NCBI GenBank assembly: GCA_044375925.1
Contig: JBILLT010000003.1
Coordinates: 6,988-70,987 of the forward strand
Length of the DNA stretch: 64,000 nucleotides
DNA from: Chthoniobacteraceae bacterium
GTDB lineage: Bacteria; Verrucomicrobiota; Verrucomicrobiia; Chthoniobacterales; Chthoniobacteraceae
Direction of reading: 5' to 3'
The position numbers were made by a program, and so were the translations under genes. This document shows positions 28,352 through 37,828 of the stretch, piece after piece. The stretch's first letter is position 1, and every line of letters begins with the position of its first letter. The notes beneath the pieces were generated by a model. The model was not told the DNA's origin, ran no database searches, and saw only the letters and a program-made list of their open reading frames with translations.

Positions 28352-28383
28352 ATCTTGAGTTAACCCCTCAACCTGTTCAAGAT
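28352..28383. promoter_or_regulatory. Inverted repeat (atcttga-N18-tcaagat, with nested ttgag-N7-ctcaa) 10 nt upstream of the GntR start; candidate operator
   Basis: Read directly at 28352-28383. GntR/FadR-type regulators commonly autoregulate through palindromes overlapping their own promoter. No experimental or comparative support. Confidence 0.2.
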
Positions 28384-28393
28384 CGCTCAACAC

Positions 28394-29077
28394 ATGAGCT
28401 TGGCCCCGACCTCACCCTCCGCCGCGCAGCACCCGCTGATTCTCAGACTCAGCGTCACAGACCAAGTTCACTGCGAACTGCGACGGAGAATTCTCCACGG
28501 AGTGATCGGGGGCGGGGAGCCAATTCCCGAATCCCAATGCGCTGAAACACTTGGAGTGAGCCGGGTGCCTGTTCGTGAAGCCCTGCTGATGCTGGAGCGC
28601 GAGGGACTGCTTCAGAGAGACCGCAGGGGCCGAACCATCGCCCGCTCCCTCGGAGGCAAAGACTACGAGGAGATCTTGACCCTCCGGCTCGAGGTAGAAG
28701 GCATGGCGGCGCGCCTTTGCGCGCAGGCGCGAACCGAGGAACACCTCGCGGCTTTGGAGTCGAATATCGCCGCCTTCGCCGCGGCCAAGAGCGCGGAGGA
28801 ACTCGCCAGTCTGGACGCGGAGTTTCACGGCATTCTCTGCTCCGCATCGGGGCACGGCTGGCTCCTGACCGCATGGAGCACGATCCGTTGGCCCTTCGAA
28901 GCGCTTCTTGTGAAAAACTTCCGCTCCTACATTCAGGCAACAAGCTTGGAGGAATCGAAAGTTTCCACCGAAGATCACCGCCGGATCGTGGAAGCCATCC
29001 GGTGCCGCAAATCACACGAATCGGAGTTGCTGGTGCGCCAGCACATCAGCCGCTGGACGGACTGGAAACCGGCATAG
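28394..29077 (+). CDS. GntR-family transcriptional regulator (FadR/FCD subfamily)
   Basis: N-terminal wHTH (ESQCAETLGVSRVPVREALLMLEREGLL) and an all-helical C-terminal FCD-like domain (D.EFH..L....G). Confidence 0.85.
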   Translation: MSLAPTSPSAAQHPLILRLSVTDQVHCELRRRILHGVIGGGEPIPESQCAETLGVSRVPVREALLMLEREGLLQRDRRGRTIARSLGGKDYEEILTLRLEVEGMAARLCAQARTEEHLAALESNIAAFAAAKSAEELASLDAEFHGILCSASGHGWLLTAWSTIRWPFEALLVKNFRSYIQATSLEESKVSTEDHRRIVEAIRCRKSHESELLVRQHISRWTDWKPA

Positions 29078-29230
29078 ACTGAGGGGAGGTTGGCAGCGGA
29101 GAAGCCGGCTGTCTGGGGAAAAAGACTACTTTTGGCCCGTGGACCCGGGGGCCCACAAACCAGGGTAACAGGCGGATTCAGAACACTCCCGGCATTTGAC
29201 TATCTCAAACGAATCGACGACAGTGCATCG

Positions 29231-29716
29231 ATGAGTACGCCGGCATTTTGGTGGTCGCTCTCGGCGGTTCTGGTCTTGCTCGAGCTACTGACTGGAACCG
29301 TCTATCTCTTGATGGTCTCCATCGGATTCGTGGCGGGTGGAGTCGCGGCGTACTTTGAAATGAACAGCTCCGCGCAGTTGCTGGTTGCGGGTCTGGTCTC
29401 CAGTGCCGCAACGTTGGCGTGGCACGCGCGCCGCGCCAAAGGCAAGCAAACCGCGCCTTCCGCGGATAAAAACGTGCAGATGGACATCGGGGAGGTTGTG
29501 GAAGTGCGGGCTTGGGATGCGACCGGCAGTGCACGGGTCATGTACCGCGGCGCGGAATGGAGCGTGAAGTCATCGGCAACCGCCGCCACTCCTCTTCCAA
29601 CAGGAACACATCGGATCATTGAGGTGAGGGGGAACACGCTGATCGTGAGTCCGGCGGACGATGCCCAGTCAACCGCCGCCCAGACATCGCCTTTCATGAA
29701 CGATCGCCCGCAGTGA
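29231..29716 (+). CDS. NfeD-family membrane protein
   Basis: Two or three N-terminal TM helices and a C-terminal OB-like domain (GEVVEVRAWDATGSARVMYRGAEWSVKS...G.HRIIEVRGNTLIV). Lies directly upstream of an SPFH gene, the canonical pairing. Trimmed to the ATG at 29231. Confidence 0.75.
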   Translation: MSTPAFWWSLSAVLVLLELLTGTVYLLMVSIGFVAGGVAAYFEMNSSAQLLVAGLVSSAATLAWHARRAKGKQTAPSADKNVQMDIGEVVEVRAWDATGSARVMYRGAEWSVKSSATAATPLPTGTHRIIEVRGNTLIVSPADDAQSTAAQTSPFMNDRPQ

Positions 29717-29837
29717 AAAATGATGCGCCCATCGCTGCTTATGGATGAAATCTCCAGACTCAGGCCCGGCCGGATTTGAGGCGTCTGCGCGCAAAAATCG
29801 ACCATTCGAACAACACTTTCACAACCAGACCTCTCAT

Positions 29838-30779
29838 ATGCCTTCCTTCGCAATTCTTGTCTTTGTCATCGCCATCATTTTCACCATGCGCTCCATCCGT
29901 GTGGTTCCCCAGCAAAACGCATGGGTCGTCGAACGCATCGGCAAGTACCACTCAACCCTCAAACCGGGACTAAACTTCCTCATCCCTTTCATCGACTCGG
30001 TTGCATACAAACATTCTCTCAAAGAGATCCCTCTGGATGTGCCAAGCCAAGTCTGCATCACGCGCGACAACACCCAGCTGCAGGTTGATGGAATTCTGTT
30101 CTTTCAAGTCACTGATCCGATGCGGGCGAGTTACGGTTCCTCAAACTACATCACCGCAATCACGCAGTTGGCGCAAACCACGCTCCGTTCGGTCATCGGC
30201 AAACTGGAGTTGGACAAAACCTTCGAAGAGCGCGATACGATCAATCAATCTGTCGTCTCCTCGATTGACGAGGCGGCGCTAAACTGGGGAGTGAAGGTGT
30301 TGCGGTACGAAATCAAAGATCTCACGCCGCCCAAGGAGATCCTCCATGCGATGCAGCAGCAGATCACCGCGGAGAGAGAAAAGCGCGCGCTCATCGCCGC
30401 TTCTGAGGGCCGCCGTCAGGAACAAATCAACATCGCCACCGGAGAGCGCGAGGCTTCCATCGCGCGATCCGAGGGGGAGAAACAGGCCGTGATCAACCAG
30501 GCAGAAGCGGAGGCGGCATCCATCAAAGCGGTCGCGGCTGCGAGCGCGGAGGCCATCGAACGGGTGGCCCAAGCCATCCGGCAACCCGGAGGGGCGGACG
30601 CCGTCCAGCTGAAGGTCGCGGAAAAAGCCGTGGAGGCCTACTCGCGGGTGGCCGACAAGTCCAAGACCACTCTGGTGCTGCCGTCCGACCTGAATCAGGT
30701 CGCCGGGCTGATAGCCTCAGCCATGCAAGTCGCGACCTCGATAAAAGGCGGCTCCCAGTCCGCTCAGTCCCAGCCTTGA
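29838..30779 (+). CDS. SPFH/band-7 (stomatin/paraslipin-like) protein
   Basis: N-terminal TM, VVPQQNAWVVERIGKY, ITRDNTQLQVDGILFFQV, TLRSVIGKLELDKTFEERD, and an Ala/Glu-rich coiled-coil tail. Confidence 0.9.
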   Translation: MPSFAILVFVIAIIFTMRSIRVVPQQNAWVVERIGKYHSTLKPGLNFLIPFIDSVAYKHSLKEIPLDVPSQVCITRDNTQLQVDGILFFQVTDPMRASYGSSNYITAITQLAQTTLRSVIGKLELDKTFEERDTINQSVVSSIDEAALNWGVKVLRYEIKDLTPPKEILHAMQQQITAEREKRALIAASEGRRQEQINIATGEREASIARSEGEKQAVINQAEAEAASIKAVAAASAEAIERVAQAIRQPGGADAVQLKVAEKAVEAYSRVADKSKTTLVLPSDLNQVAGLIASAMQVATSIKGGSQSAQSQP

Positions 30780-30838
30780 TCGGCGCGATTCACACGAGAA
30801 GATCGGCAGGGCCCGGAAAAAAACCGCAGCCGAATGCA

Positions 30839-32269
30839 TCATTTCTTCTTCCTGCCTCTGGACTCATCAAGCACTCGACCGAGATCAGCCTCGTCCTCGG
30901 CCTTTCGCGACCTTGATTCAAGAACATCCAAGGCGGCGCTGATTGGGGCTCTTGCCTTCTCCCCCTCATCCAGCAAGCGGTAGAATTCTTTAAACTCAGT
31001 TGGAATGCCCCCTGGTTTCGGCATCGCCTCATACCAATTCATGAAATCCCGGACGCGTGAAAACCGCGCGGCGATACTCTCCCTCTCCAATTTTGCCTGC
31101 CTGAAGCGAGCCGGCAAACCTGCCAGCCGCCCTTGCATCAAATCGCCGCACACCGAGGCATACAGGGCGACTACCTCCGAGTACAAAAAGTGGACTTTGG
31201 TGCCGAGCGACAGAAATTCCGCCTGCCTCAACTGAAGCACGGATTTCATGCCGGGCAGCCTTAAGTACTCATCGAAGTCCTCAATCGGGCAGCTCACCCG
31301 CTTGAGCGTGGAGGAACTAATCACATCGATTTCCACGAGTCGCTGAATGGCAGCCTCAGACTCTTCGCCCGTCATGGTGATCCGTGAGCGCTGTGTGGCG
31401 GTAGAAGCCGTTTGCAATGCCCACGCCTTTTGAACATCAGACTCCGTGCTCCCCAGCGAGGGAAAGCAACGCGAAAGCGCCGCGTAGGGAGCGGCGAGCG
31501 GGTCGCCATGGAGTAGCTCAAAGAAGCCGCTCGCGGTGTCCGCTCGGTTTGAAAGCATGGAAATCAAGCACCGTCCAATCGACAACTCCAATTCTGAAGA
31601 TGCCCCGCCCGCCTCTTCTTCACGAAGCAAAACACTCTCCAAAGAAGGCATCGCATCCTTGGAAAAAAACACCCGCAGTTCGTCGAGAGACGCCAGAGCG
31701 TTTGGTTGCATCCAAGCGTGCATCAGACCGTCCACCAACCAGCGGGGCAACCGGACCCGTTCCGGACTTGAATCCAAAACAGAACCGGCGCGCATTCCCA
31801 TCTCGCACAAAACGATCTTCATAACAGCACGAACGAAAGGCTCCCCGTCAAAATCCTCCCGTGCAGAAACCATAAGCCTGAAGACGAACCCATCAGGCGC
31901 CTCTACGGTCTCCGTCCCCACGCTTCCGCGCGGCCGCTCAGGGTACAAAAAAATCTGCACCGGTCGTGCGCGCGGATATGAAACCTTGGGCTGCGACAAA
32001 CATGCCAGGACATGGTCGCGGACCTCGACAGCCGCCCGCAGCACCGAAGTCCGCCGCGAAAAATCCGTTATTTCCTTCAGTGCCTCGCTTTTTCCGTGGA
32101 TCTCGCTGTCAATGACAGTTATCTGCCCGTACGCATCCGAAGTTGATGCAGCTTTCACGGTTTTGCGCGCGGGTTCCTGCGATGAGATAGAGGTGCCTCC
32201 CGCCAAAACTTCAGCCGCGGCGCTCGCGACACTCAGCATCATCAGGAAGATGAAAAACCGCGGCTTCAT
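30839..32269 (-). CDS. Secreted hypothetical protein (476 aa)
   Basis: Signal peptide MKPRFFIFLMMLSVASAAA and a largely helical C-terminal half. No catalytic motif recognised. Confidence 0.5.
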   Translation of the reverse strand: MKPRFFIFLMMLSVASAAAEVLAGGTSISSQEPARKTVKAASTSDAYGQITVIDSEIHGKSEALKEITDFSRRTSVLRAAVEVRDHVLACLSQPKVSYPRARPVQIFLYPERPRGSVGTETVEAPDGFVFRLMVSAREDFDGEPFVRAVMKIVLCEMGMRAGSVLDSSPERVRLPRWLVDGLMHAWMQPNALASLDELRVFFSKDAMPSLESVLLREEEAGGASSELELSIGRCLISMLSNRADTASGFFELLHGDPLAAPYAALSRCFPSLGSTESDVQKAWALQTASTATQRSRITMTGEESEAAIQRLVEIDVISSSTLKRVSCPIEDFDEYLRLPGMKSVLQLRQAEFLSLGTKVHFLYSEVVALYASVCGDLMQGRLAGLPARFRQAKLERESIAARFSRVRDFMNWYEAMPKPGGIPTEFKEFYRLLDEGEKARAPISAALDVLESRSRKAEDEADLGRVLDESRGRKKK

Positions 32270-32364
32270 ATAACCTAGATGGATCAAAAGACCCAGCACA
32301 TCAAATCAAAAGCCGCTTCGCTGTTGATAGTTACGCCTCCACAACACGGGCCTGCCAGCATATC

Positions 32365-33786
32365 CTACCAGGTGTACCTGACACCGTAGGTGAGGGTGAT
32401 TTCGGAATCCGCGGCTACGGGAACTTCAAACTCGATGGTGTGGCTGTCTTTTTTTCGGAACTCGGCACTTTTGCGAGTCACTGTCCATGCAGAGTGGCGG
32501 GAAAGGTGCTCCACCACGCGAATTTCGACGGGAAGATGACTCCTGTTTTTGAGACGCACTTCAAATGCCTCATCCATGGTTCGGCGCGCCTGATCCACGT
32601 TAAATTCCGCGCGAACCCGCTCGCCTTGCAAATCGAAAGCGTTGCCGAGACGCATCGTCACGGTTTCGTTTCGCGGCGTGTGGCTGATCTGGTCTTCCCC
32701 CACAAATTCCAACTGCTCGCCGTCTTTTCGGTAAACCCGAATCTTCCCAGCAGGCATCGCAAAGCCGAGCTTTGAAGCTTCGTTGTTCGAAAACTCCAGA
32801 ATCGACTCGACCTTCCTTTGGCCGTGGCTTCCCCAATCGCGATCCGTAATCAACTGCCCGGCAAACGCCGAGGGCGACCCGTCGTAAACGTAAATCCGCT
32901 TGGTTTTCACTCCGGAAGCGCGCGCGAATTCCACCTGCTTGATGTTATGGTCCCGCAAAGTGAGCGGGCGCGCGAGCGTGTATAGATGGTAATCGTCGAA
33001 TTTTTTCTCCTCCACAGGTTCAGGAGAAAATGCCCGCAACCCTTTCTCGACCATCCCTCGCAGGTGGAGTTGATCTGAAACACGATTCACATCCCCTGCA
33101 ATCAACTTTACCTGCGCTTCCTCGAACTGCTTTCCAGATTCGTTTCGGATAGTCACCCAGCAGTTCAACTCCCCCTCGCTCCCTTTCGAGTCCAGCATCA
33201 AGTTGTAGTCTGCGGACCACTCCAATCCCTTTGTGATGTAGGCCAACTCTGCTTCCAGTTTTGCGGCGGCAGGGCTGTGGATCTTCCAACTCAACAAAGG
33301 CTTGAGAATGTTGTCGTCCTTCAATGCAGGGAAAACGGGTCTGCCCGGAAGCTCAAAGCACAACTTGCCGTCCACCTCGATAATCGGCTGCACAGGATCC
33401 GCCTCCGTGCCACTGCCCGCGCGTATCACTTTACCCTCAACCGAACGTTCCCCTTTCTGGGAATCAGCAATCCTGAAACTGATCACCTGCCCCTCGTACA
33501 GAGCCAAAAGCGAAGATTCACTGACCGGATCGTTTAGATAATTCTGCTCAAGGATGGACAGTATGGTGCGTCCAGTTGGATCCCTGAGAATTACCGAGCT
33601 TGGCTCCAGGAAACTCGTCGCACCTGAATAACGGACATTCGTTTCTCCCGCTTTCAATTCGAGCGCAACGGCGTCCCGCACCACCGAAAAACCACCGTTG
33701 TAGATTGTGAGACTAGGCTGGGACATCGCAGACCCAGCCAGCAAGCAAGCACCGAAAAACATTAAAGTACCCTTGAGAACGCTCAT
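32365..33786 (-). CDS. Secreted DUF4139-like (MuiA-like) protein
   Basis: Signal peptide MSVLKGTLMFFGACLLAGSAMS, then LTIYNGGFSVVRD...LKAGETNVRYSG; the C-terminus ends in ...LTYGVRYTW. The pattern matches my recollection of DUF4139 proteins. Confidence 0.55.
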   Translation of the reverse strand: MSVLKGTLMFFGACLLAGSAMSQPSLTIYNGGFSVVRDAVALELKAGETNVRYSGATSFLEPSSVILRDPTGRTILSILEQNYLNDPVSESSLLALYEGQVISFRIADSQKGERSVEGKVIRAGSGTEADPVQPIIEVDGKLCFELPGRPVFPALKDDNILKPLLSWKIHSPAAAKLEAELAYITKGLEWSADYNLMLDSKGSEGELNCWVTIRNESGKQFEEAQVKLIAGDVNRVSDQLHLRGMVEKGLRAFSPEPVEEKKFDDYHLYTLARPLTLRDHNIKQVEFARASGVKTKRIYVYDGSPSAFAGQLITDRDWGSHGQRKVESILEFSNNEASKLGFAMPAGKIRVYRKDGEQLEFVGEDQISHTPRNETVTMRLGNAFDLQGERVRAEFNVDQARRTMDEAFEVRLKNRSHLPVEIRVVEHLSRHSAWTVTRKSAEFRKKDSHTIEFEVPVAADSEITLTYGVRYTW

Positions 33787-33862
33787 AAATCGGAATTGGG
33801 GTTGGACCGAAGCATGCAGCTTAAACCCAGCCAACACAGGATTCGCATCTAAAATCTGGAAA

Positions 33863-35179
33863 CTACCTTGGCGGCCAATGGTACTCGCCCGCATCAAAGG
33901 TCATGATTTCCTGGATCGCGCCGATCCGGAACTCCTCGACCACGGCTCCGTCACCTTGCAAGAGCACCACCGAAGGCTGACGGGACTCTCTTCCAAAAAC
34001 CACCCAAGCCAGATGCGTCGTGGTGCTCAGCCGCCGCAATCGCAAACCATCGGCGGTCCGTAAAAAGCTTCCCTCGGCATCAAACCCGACCATCAAGTCA
34101 ACCTCCGATGAGACATCGCCAATGAGTGGATTTGGCTTGGTTTTAACGCGTATTTTCTTCTCGGGGACAAACGGTTTTGTCCTTCCGATATGCTTCGAGG
34201 ACGCATCGAAATTCGGAGTGTTCCAACGGTTTTTCTCAATGAAAGTCTCCCAAACGGGCGCCCCGGTTTCCGTAGAAGATCCGCTTTTAACGCCGCCCGC
34301 CGGGGGCTTCCCCGATGCAAGTCTGCGAAGTCCACGCAAACGCGTGCGATGCACGTCTTGCTCAAGCAAAAAGATCTCATCACGAGAAGCCGCTGCGGCG
34401 ATCGCCACCGGCACGGGCTCGCCGACCCCGATGCTCAAACGGCGCGCCACCTCTCCCTGTGCATCAAACTGTACCACCACAGTCTCCCCAAGCACCTTCT
34501 CAATGGACCATTTGGAATCATCCGGGCCCGGACAAGACGTTGCCCTCGCTGCACCGGCATCCAAATCTTCAATTTTTTCAAAGCTGGGCACTGACTCAAC
34601 CCCGCTGCCAGCCAATGCGTAACGCACCCTCCATCCGGCATGGTTCAAATCCTCCGCGCTTAGCTCCAACCACTCGTCGTTTCCCACTTTCGCAACCTTG
34701 ATTCCGTGAAAGTTCACCAACCTCGGAGCATCTTCGCTCAGCATCCAATCGTTACCATGATAAGCCTCGCCAGCCAGATCAATATCACCCACGGCAAACC
34801 CTAGTAGTCGATATTTTCCCGCGGAAACCTGCTTCCCTAAATCATCCTTCCCATCCCATGAAACAACGAATCCGTTCAGCGCAACCGTAAACTCGGAAGA
34901 CTCCGCGTCGGAGCGAAGCGTCCGGACCAACCTCCTGGCCTTGTCATACACGCCGAGACTAAATGTTCCCTCTATCGGAGGAGGAACAAACCCGATCTTC
35001 ACACCCCCGCCTTTCATCGCAACGGACCCGTCTTGCGCATGCAAAGAGCTCAAGAGCGCCACCACGCCAAGCAATAGCGCACCTGCGGTGCCGGTCCAAT
35101 GACGGCGCCGCGCGCTGGTAAGAGTCGGCTTCGAGAGGGGAGCGCTTTGAGCAGCAAAAGTCATGGGTGAGCTATGCAT
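33863..35179 (-). CDS. Secreted hypothetical protein with a FlgD-Ig-like domain
   Basis: Signal/TM segment GALLLGVVALLSSLHA. FTVALNGFVVSWDGKDDLGKQVSAGKYRL is a FlgD-Ig/FlgD_ig-like motif. The ATG at 35179 overlaps the end of the GH57 gene by 8 nt; an alternative ATG is at 35164. Confidence 0.5.
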   Translation of the reverse strand: MHSSPMTFAAQSAPLSKPTLTSARRRHWTGTAGALLLGVVALLSSLHAQDGSVAMKGGGVKIGFVPPPIEGTFSLGVYDKARRLVRTLRSDAESSEFTVALNGFVVSWDGKDDLGKQVSAGKYRLLGFAVGDIDLAGEAYHGNDWMLSEDAPRLVNFHGIKVAKVGNDEWLELSAEDLNHAGWRVRYALAGSGVESVPSFEKIEDLDAGAARATSCPGPDDSKWSIEKVLGETVVVQFDAQGEVARRLSIGVGEPVPVAIAAAASRDEIFLLEQDVHRTRLRGLRRLASGKPPAGGVKSGSSTETGAPVWETFIEKNRWNTPNFDASSKHIGRTKPFVPEKKIRVKTKPNPLIGDVSSEVDLMVGFDAEGSFLRTADGLRLRRLSTTTHLAWVVFGRESRQPSVVLLQGDGAVVEEFRIGAIQEIMTFDAGEYHWPPR

Positions 35180-36758
35180 AGTGGCGCCAGCGAAGGTTGG
35201 GAAAGATGTTGTCCCGCGATTCACAATTCGCAAGGAAAGCTTCATCGACAGCGCCTGAAACAGCCTGTTCATGGAGTCTGTTGAACCGGTGAATGTGCTC
35301 CTCGGTCCTGCGAACCGCGTAAGCGCGTGCCGTGCCTGTCTTCATCAGAAAGGCCCAGTCACTGGACTGGGCCAGGAGCAATTCCCGCGCAGACTGAGCC
35401 AAAAGCCGCTCCATGGTCGGGGACTGGTTTGCGAAGTACCGGCGCGCAAGCTCCGTCATCCGCCGCGCCGCACTGTGCAAATGCGGATAAATCCACGCAT
35501 TGGATTCCTCCAACCACACCTCCCAGTAGCCTTTGTGCCCCCAACTGGAGGCCGCCGGAGCGATCAACTGGTGGGTGTCATGCTGCGCCAGATAACGAGT
35601 CGGCGTCGTGAACCGGAAGTCCTGCTGATCGAACGCCGCCTTCCGGATAAATCCGTTCAGCCACTCGGGGCCCTCAAACCACCAGTGCCCGAACAACTCC
35701 GCATCAAAAGGGCTCACCACCACCGGCGGCACGTTCATGTGTTCACGAAGGCTGCGAATCTGCTCCTGGCGCGCCCGCATGAAATGCGCCGCGTGGTGAT
35801 CCGCCGCACCCAGCGCCCAATCCCGGCGGTACCAATCTTTTTGATCCGTCGCTCCGGTGATCCGATGATATTTCAAGCCGGTAAACCTGCGCAGATCATT
35901 TCTCAAAAACCTGCTTACCCGCTCTTTGGGAAGGTCAAAGCCCGCATCCCTGTAGAAATCACGATAAGCAGGGTCGCCGGGATATCCTTCCTCCGCGCTC
36001 CAAACCTGCCGGCTCGAATCCCGATCCCTGGCAAAAACCGCGGGACCCGCGGGAGTGAAACCCGGCGCATAGATCGCGTAACGCGGGCGCGGGCTGCCGA
36101 ACATCATCCCGTGCGAATCGATCACGAACCAGCGCAGATTCGCCTCCTGCAGAATCCGGTCCAAAGCGGGCACATAAGCACACTCGGGAAGCCAGATTCC
36201 AGCCGGATCCCTTCCGAAAGTCTCCCGATAATGATCGCGCCCGATCAGCACCTGGGCGCGCATCGCCTCGGGACAGACCTCCATCAGCGGCAGGAAACCG
36301 TGGGTGGCCGCGCATGTGATGATTTCCAAAATACCGGCCTCTGCAAACTCGTTGAATCCGCCGACGACATCCCGCTTCCACCGGTGGTGCCATGCGTTCC
36401 TGCACCCCTCGAGGCGTTCCACGTAGAATCGGTTCAATCGGTTGATCTCGCCGCCCAGATGGCGCGTGCACTCCTCCTCCCCTCGCGCAAGGTCGATCAA
36501 CCGTTCCAAGTGCGCATCGTAGCGCCCCATCAAGAGCGGATCACGCAGCATGTGGCAGAGCGGCGGAGTCAGCGTGAGGCTCAAGCAAGCATCCACGCCA
36601 TCGCGCAAAAAACCGTCCAGCATCGCCAGCAGCGGGAGATACGTCTCCGTGATCGCCTCGTAAAGCCAGTCTTCCTCCAAAAACGGATCGTGCTCGGGAT
36701 GCCGCACAAACGGAAGATGCGCATGGAGAACAAGCGCCAGGTAGCCGGATTCGTGCAT
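35172..36758 (-). CDS. Glycoside hydrolase family 57 alpha-glucan branching enzyme-like protein (GH57 + DUF1957)
   Basis: GYLALVLHAHLPFVRHPE, WLYEAITETYLPLL, ITCAATHGFLPL and SPFDAELFGHWWFEGP are typical GH57 branching-enzyme blocks. Confidence 0.85.
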   Translation of the reverse strand: MHESGYLALVLHAHLPFVRHPEHDPFLEEDWLYEAITETYLPLLAMLDGFLRDGVDACLSLTLTPPLCHMLRDPLLMGRYDAHLERLIDLARGEEECTRHLGGEINRLNRFYVERLEGCRNAWHHRWKRDVVGGFNEFAEAGILEIITCAATHGFLPLMEVCPEAMRAQVLIGRDHYRETFGRDPAGIWLPECAYVPALDRILQEANLRWFVIDSHGMMFGSPRPRYAIYAPGFTPAGPAVFARDRDSSRQVWSAEEGYPGDPAYRDFYRDAGFDLPKERVSRFLRNDLRRFTGLKYHRITGATDQKDWYRRDWALGAADHHAAHFMRARQEQIRSLREHMNVPPVVVSPFDAELFGHWWFEGPEWLNGFIRKAAFDQQDFRFTTPTRYLAQHDTHQLIAPAASSWGHKGYWEVWLEESNAWIYPHLHSAARRMTELARRYFANQSPTMERLLAQSARELLLAQSSDWAFLMKTGTARAYAVRRTEEHIHRFNRLHEQAVSGAVDEAFLANCESRDNIFPNLRWRHYA

Positions 36759-36803
36759 GGCTATCGGAAGAAAGCGGTGTGGCTTGAGCAGGCCACCCGG
36801 GGG

Positions 36804-37598
36804 TCAAGTTGAGAAAACATGTTCCTCCGGTCGCACTGGAATCCCCCGCGACGCCAGATGTTTTTTAACATCCGCAACCGTGTACTGGCCGAAATGAAAC
36901 ACGCTCGCCGCAAGCACCGCGTCCGCCTTGCCTGCGGAAAGAACTTCCGACATGTGCTCAAGAGTACCGGCGCCGCCGCTTGCAACAACCGGCACGCCAA
37001 CCTGCTCGCTCACCCGGCGTGTGACCTCACAGTCGTAGCCCGCTTTGGTGCCGTCGGCATCAATGGAATTCAACACAATCTCGCCAGCTCCCGATTTCCA
37101 GCCGCGCACCGCCCATTCAATCGCATCAATACCCGTCGCTTTACGGCCGCCGTGCGAATGAACTTCCCACTTATCGGGCCCGACTTTTTTTGCATCGATG
37201 GACAGAACGATGCATTGCGATCCAAACTTTACTGCACCGGCGGCGATCAATTCAGGATCCGCCAGCGCGCTTGAATTGATGCTTATTTTGTCAGCACCCG
37301 CGTGGAGCATCACCCGCATATCCTCCACCGAACGGATCCCGCCGCCCACGGTGAGCGGCATGAAACAGCGGGCGGCGGTGCGCTCAATCACATCGATCAT
37401 GGATGAACGCCCGTGGGCGCTCGCAGTGATGTCGAAAAAAACCATTTCATCGGCGCCCTGAGCATTGTAACGAACCGCCAATTCAACCGGATCACCGACG
37501 TTGCGAAGACCGCCCGCCTCCGCACGCCCGAATTGAACCCCTCGGGTAACCTTGCCGTCGTGAACATCTAAACAGGGAATAACGCGCTTGGTGAGCAT
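36804..37598 (-). CDS. hisF: Imidazole glycerol phosphate synthase, cyclase subunit
   Basis: [30 protein letters not shown] and ASGGAG. Track ORF trimmed to the ATG at 37598 (264 aa). Confidence 0.95.
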   Translation of the reverse strand: MLTKRVIPCLDVHDGKVTRGVQFGRAEAGGLRNVGDPVELAVRYNAQGADEMVFFDITASAHGRSSMIDVIERTAARCFMPLTVGGGIRSVEDMRVMLHAGADKISINSSALADPELIAAGAVKFGSQCIVLSIDAKKVGPDKWEVHSHGGRKATGIDAIEWAVRGWKSGAGEIVLNSIDADGTKAGYDCEVTRRVSEQVGVPVVASGGAGTLEHMSEVLSAGKADAVLAASVFHFGQYTVADVKKHLASRGIPVRPEEHVFST

Positions 37599-37828
37599 GA
37601 GAAGAAAACGGGGCATGATTAAAAGCCCAAGGCAAGGTCCAGCGGAAGCCCAGAACTGGCTGAATTCCGCGATTCCCAGATGCGAGACTTCACGCGCGTG
37701 CCATCGGGAACCCAAACTTGATTTGTCCCGCAGCGCAGCAGGGAGCAAATCGCATTTCAAACCGGAATCGGGTTGCCTTCAGTAGGGCCAAGGCTTAAAC
37801 CCAACGCGAATCTGGGTACTGAAACATT

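Noticed and set aside
35271-36812. 513-aa ORF on the + strand
   Set aside because: It lies exactly antisense to the well-supported GH57 gene. The translation is Arg/Pro/Gln-rich and low-complexity with no motifs, a typical shadow ORF in GC-rich DNA.
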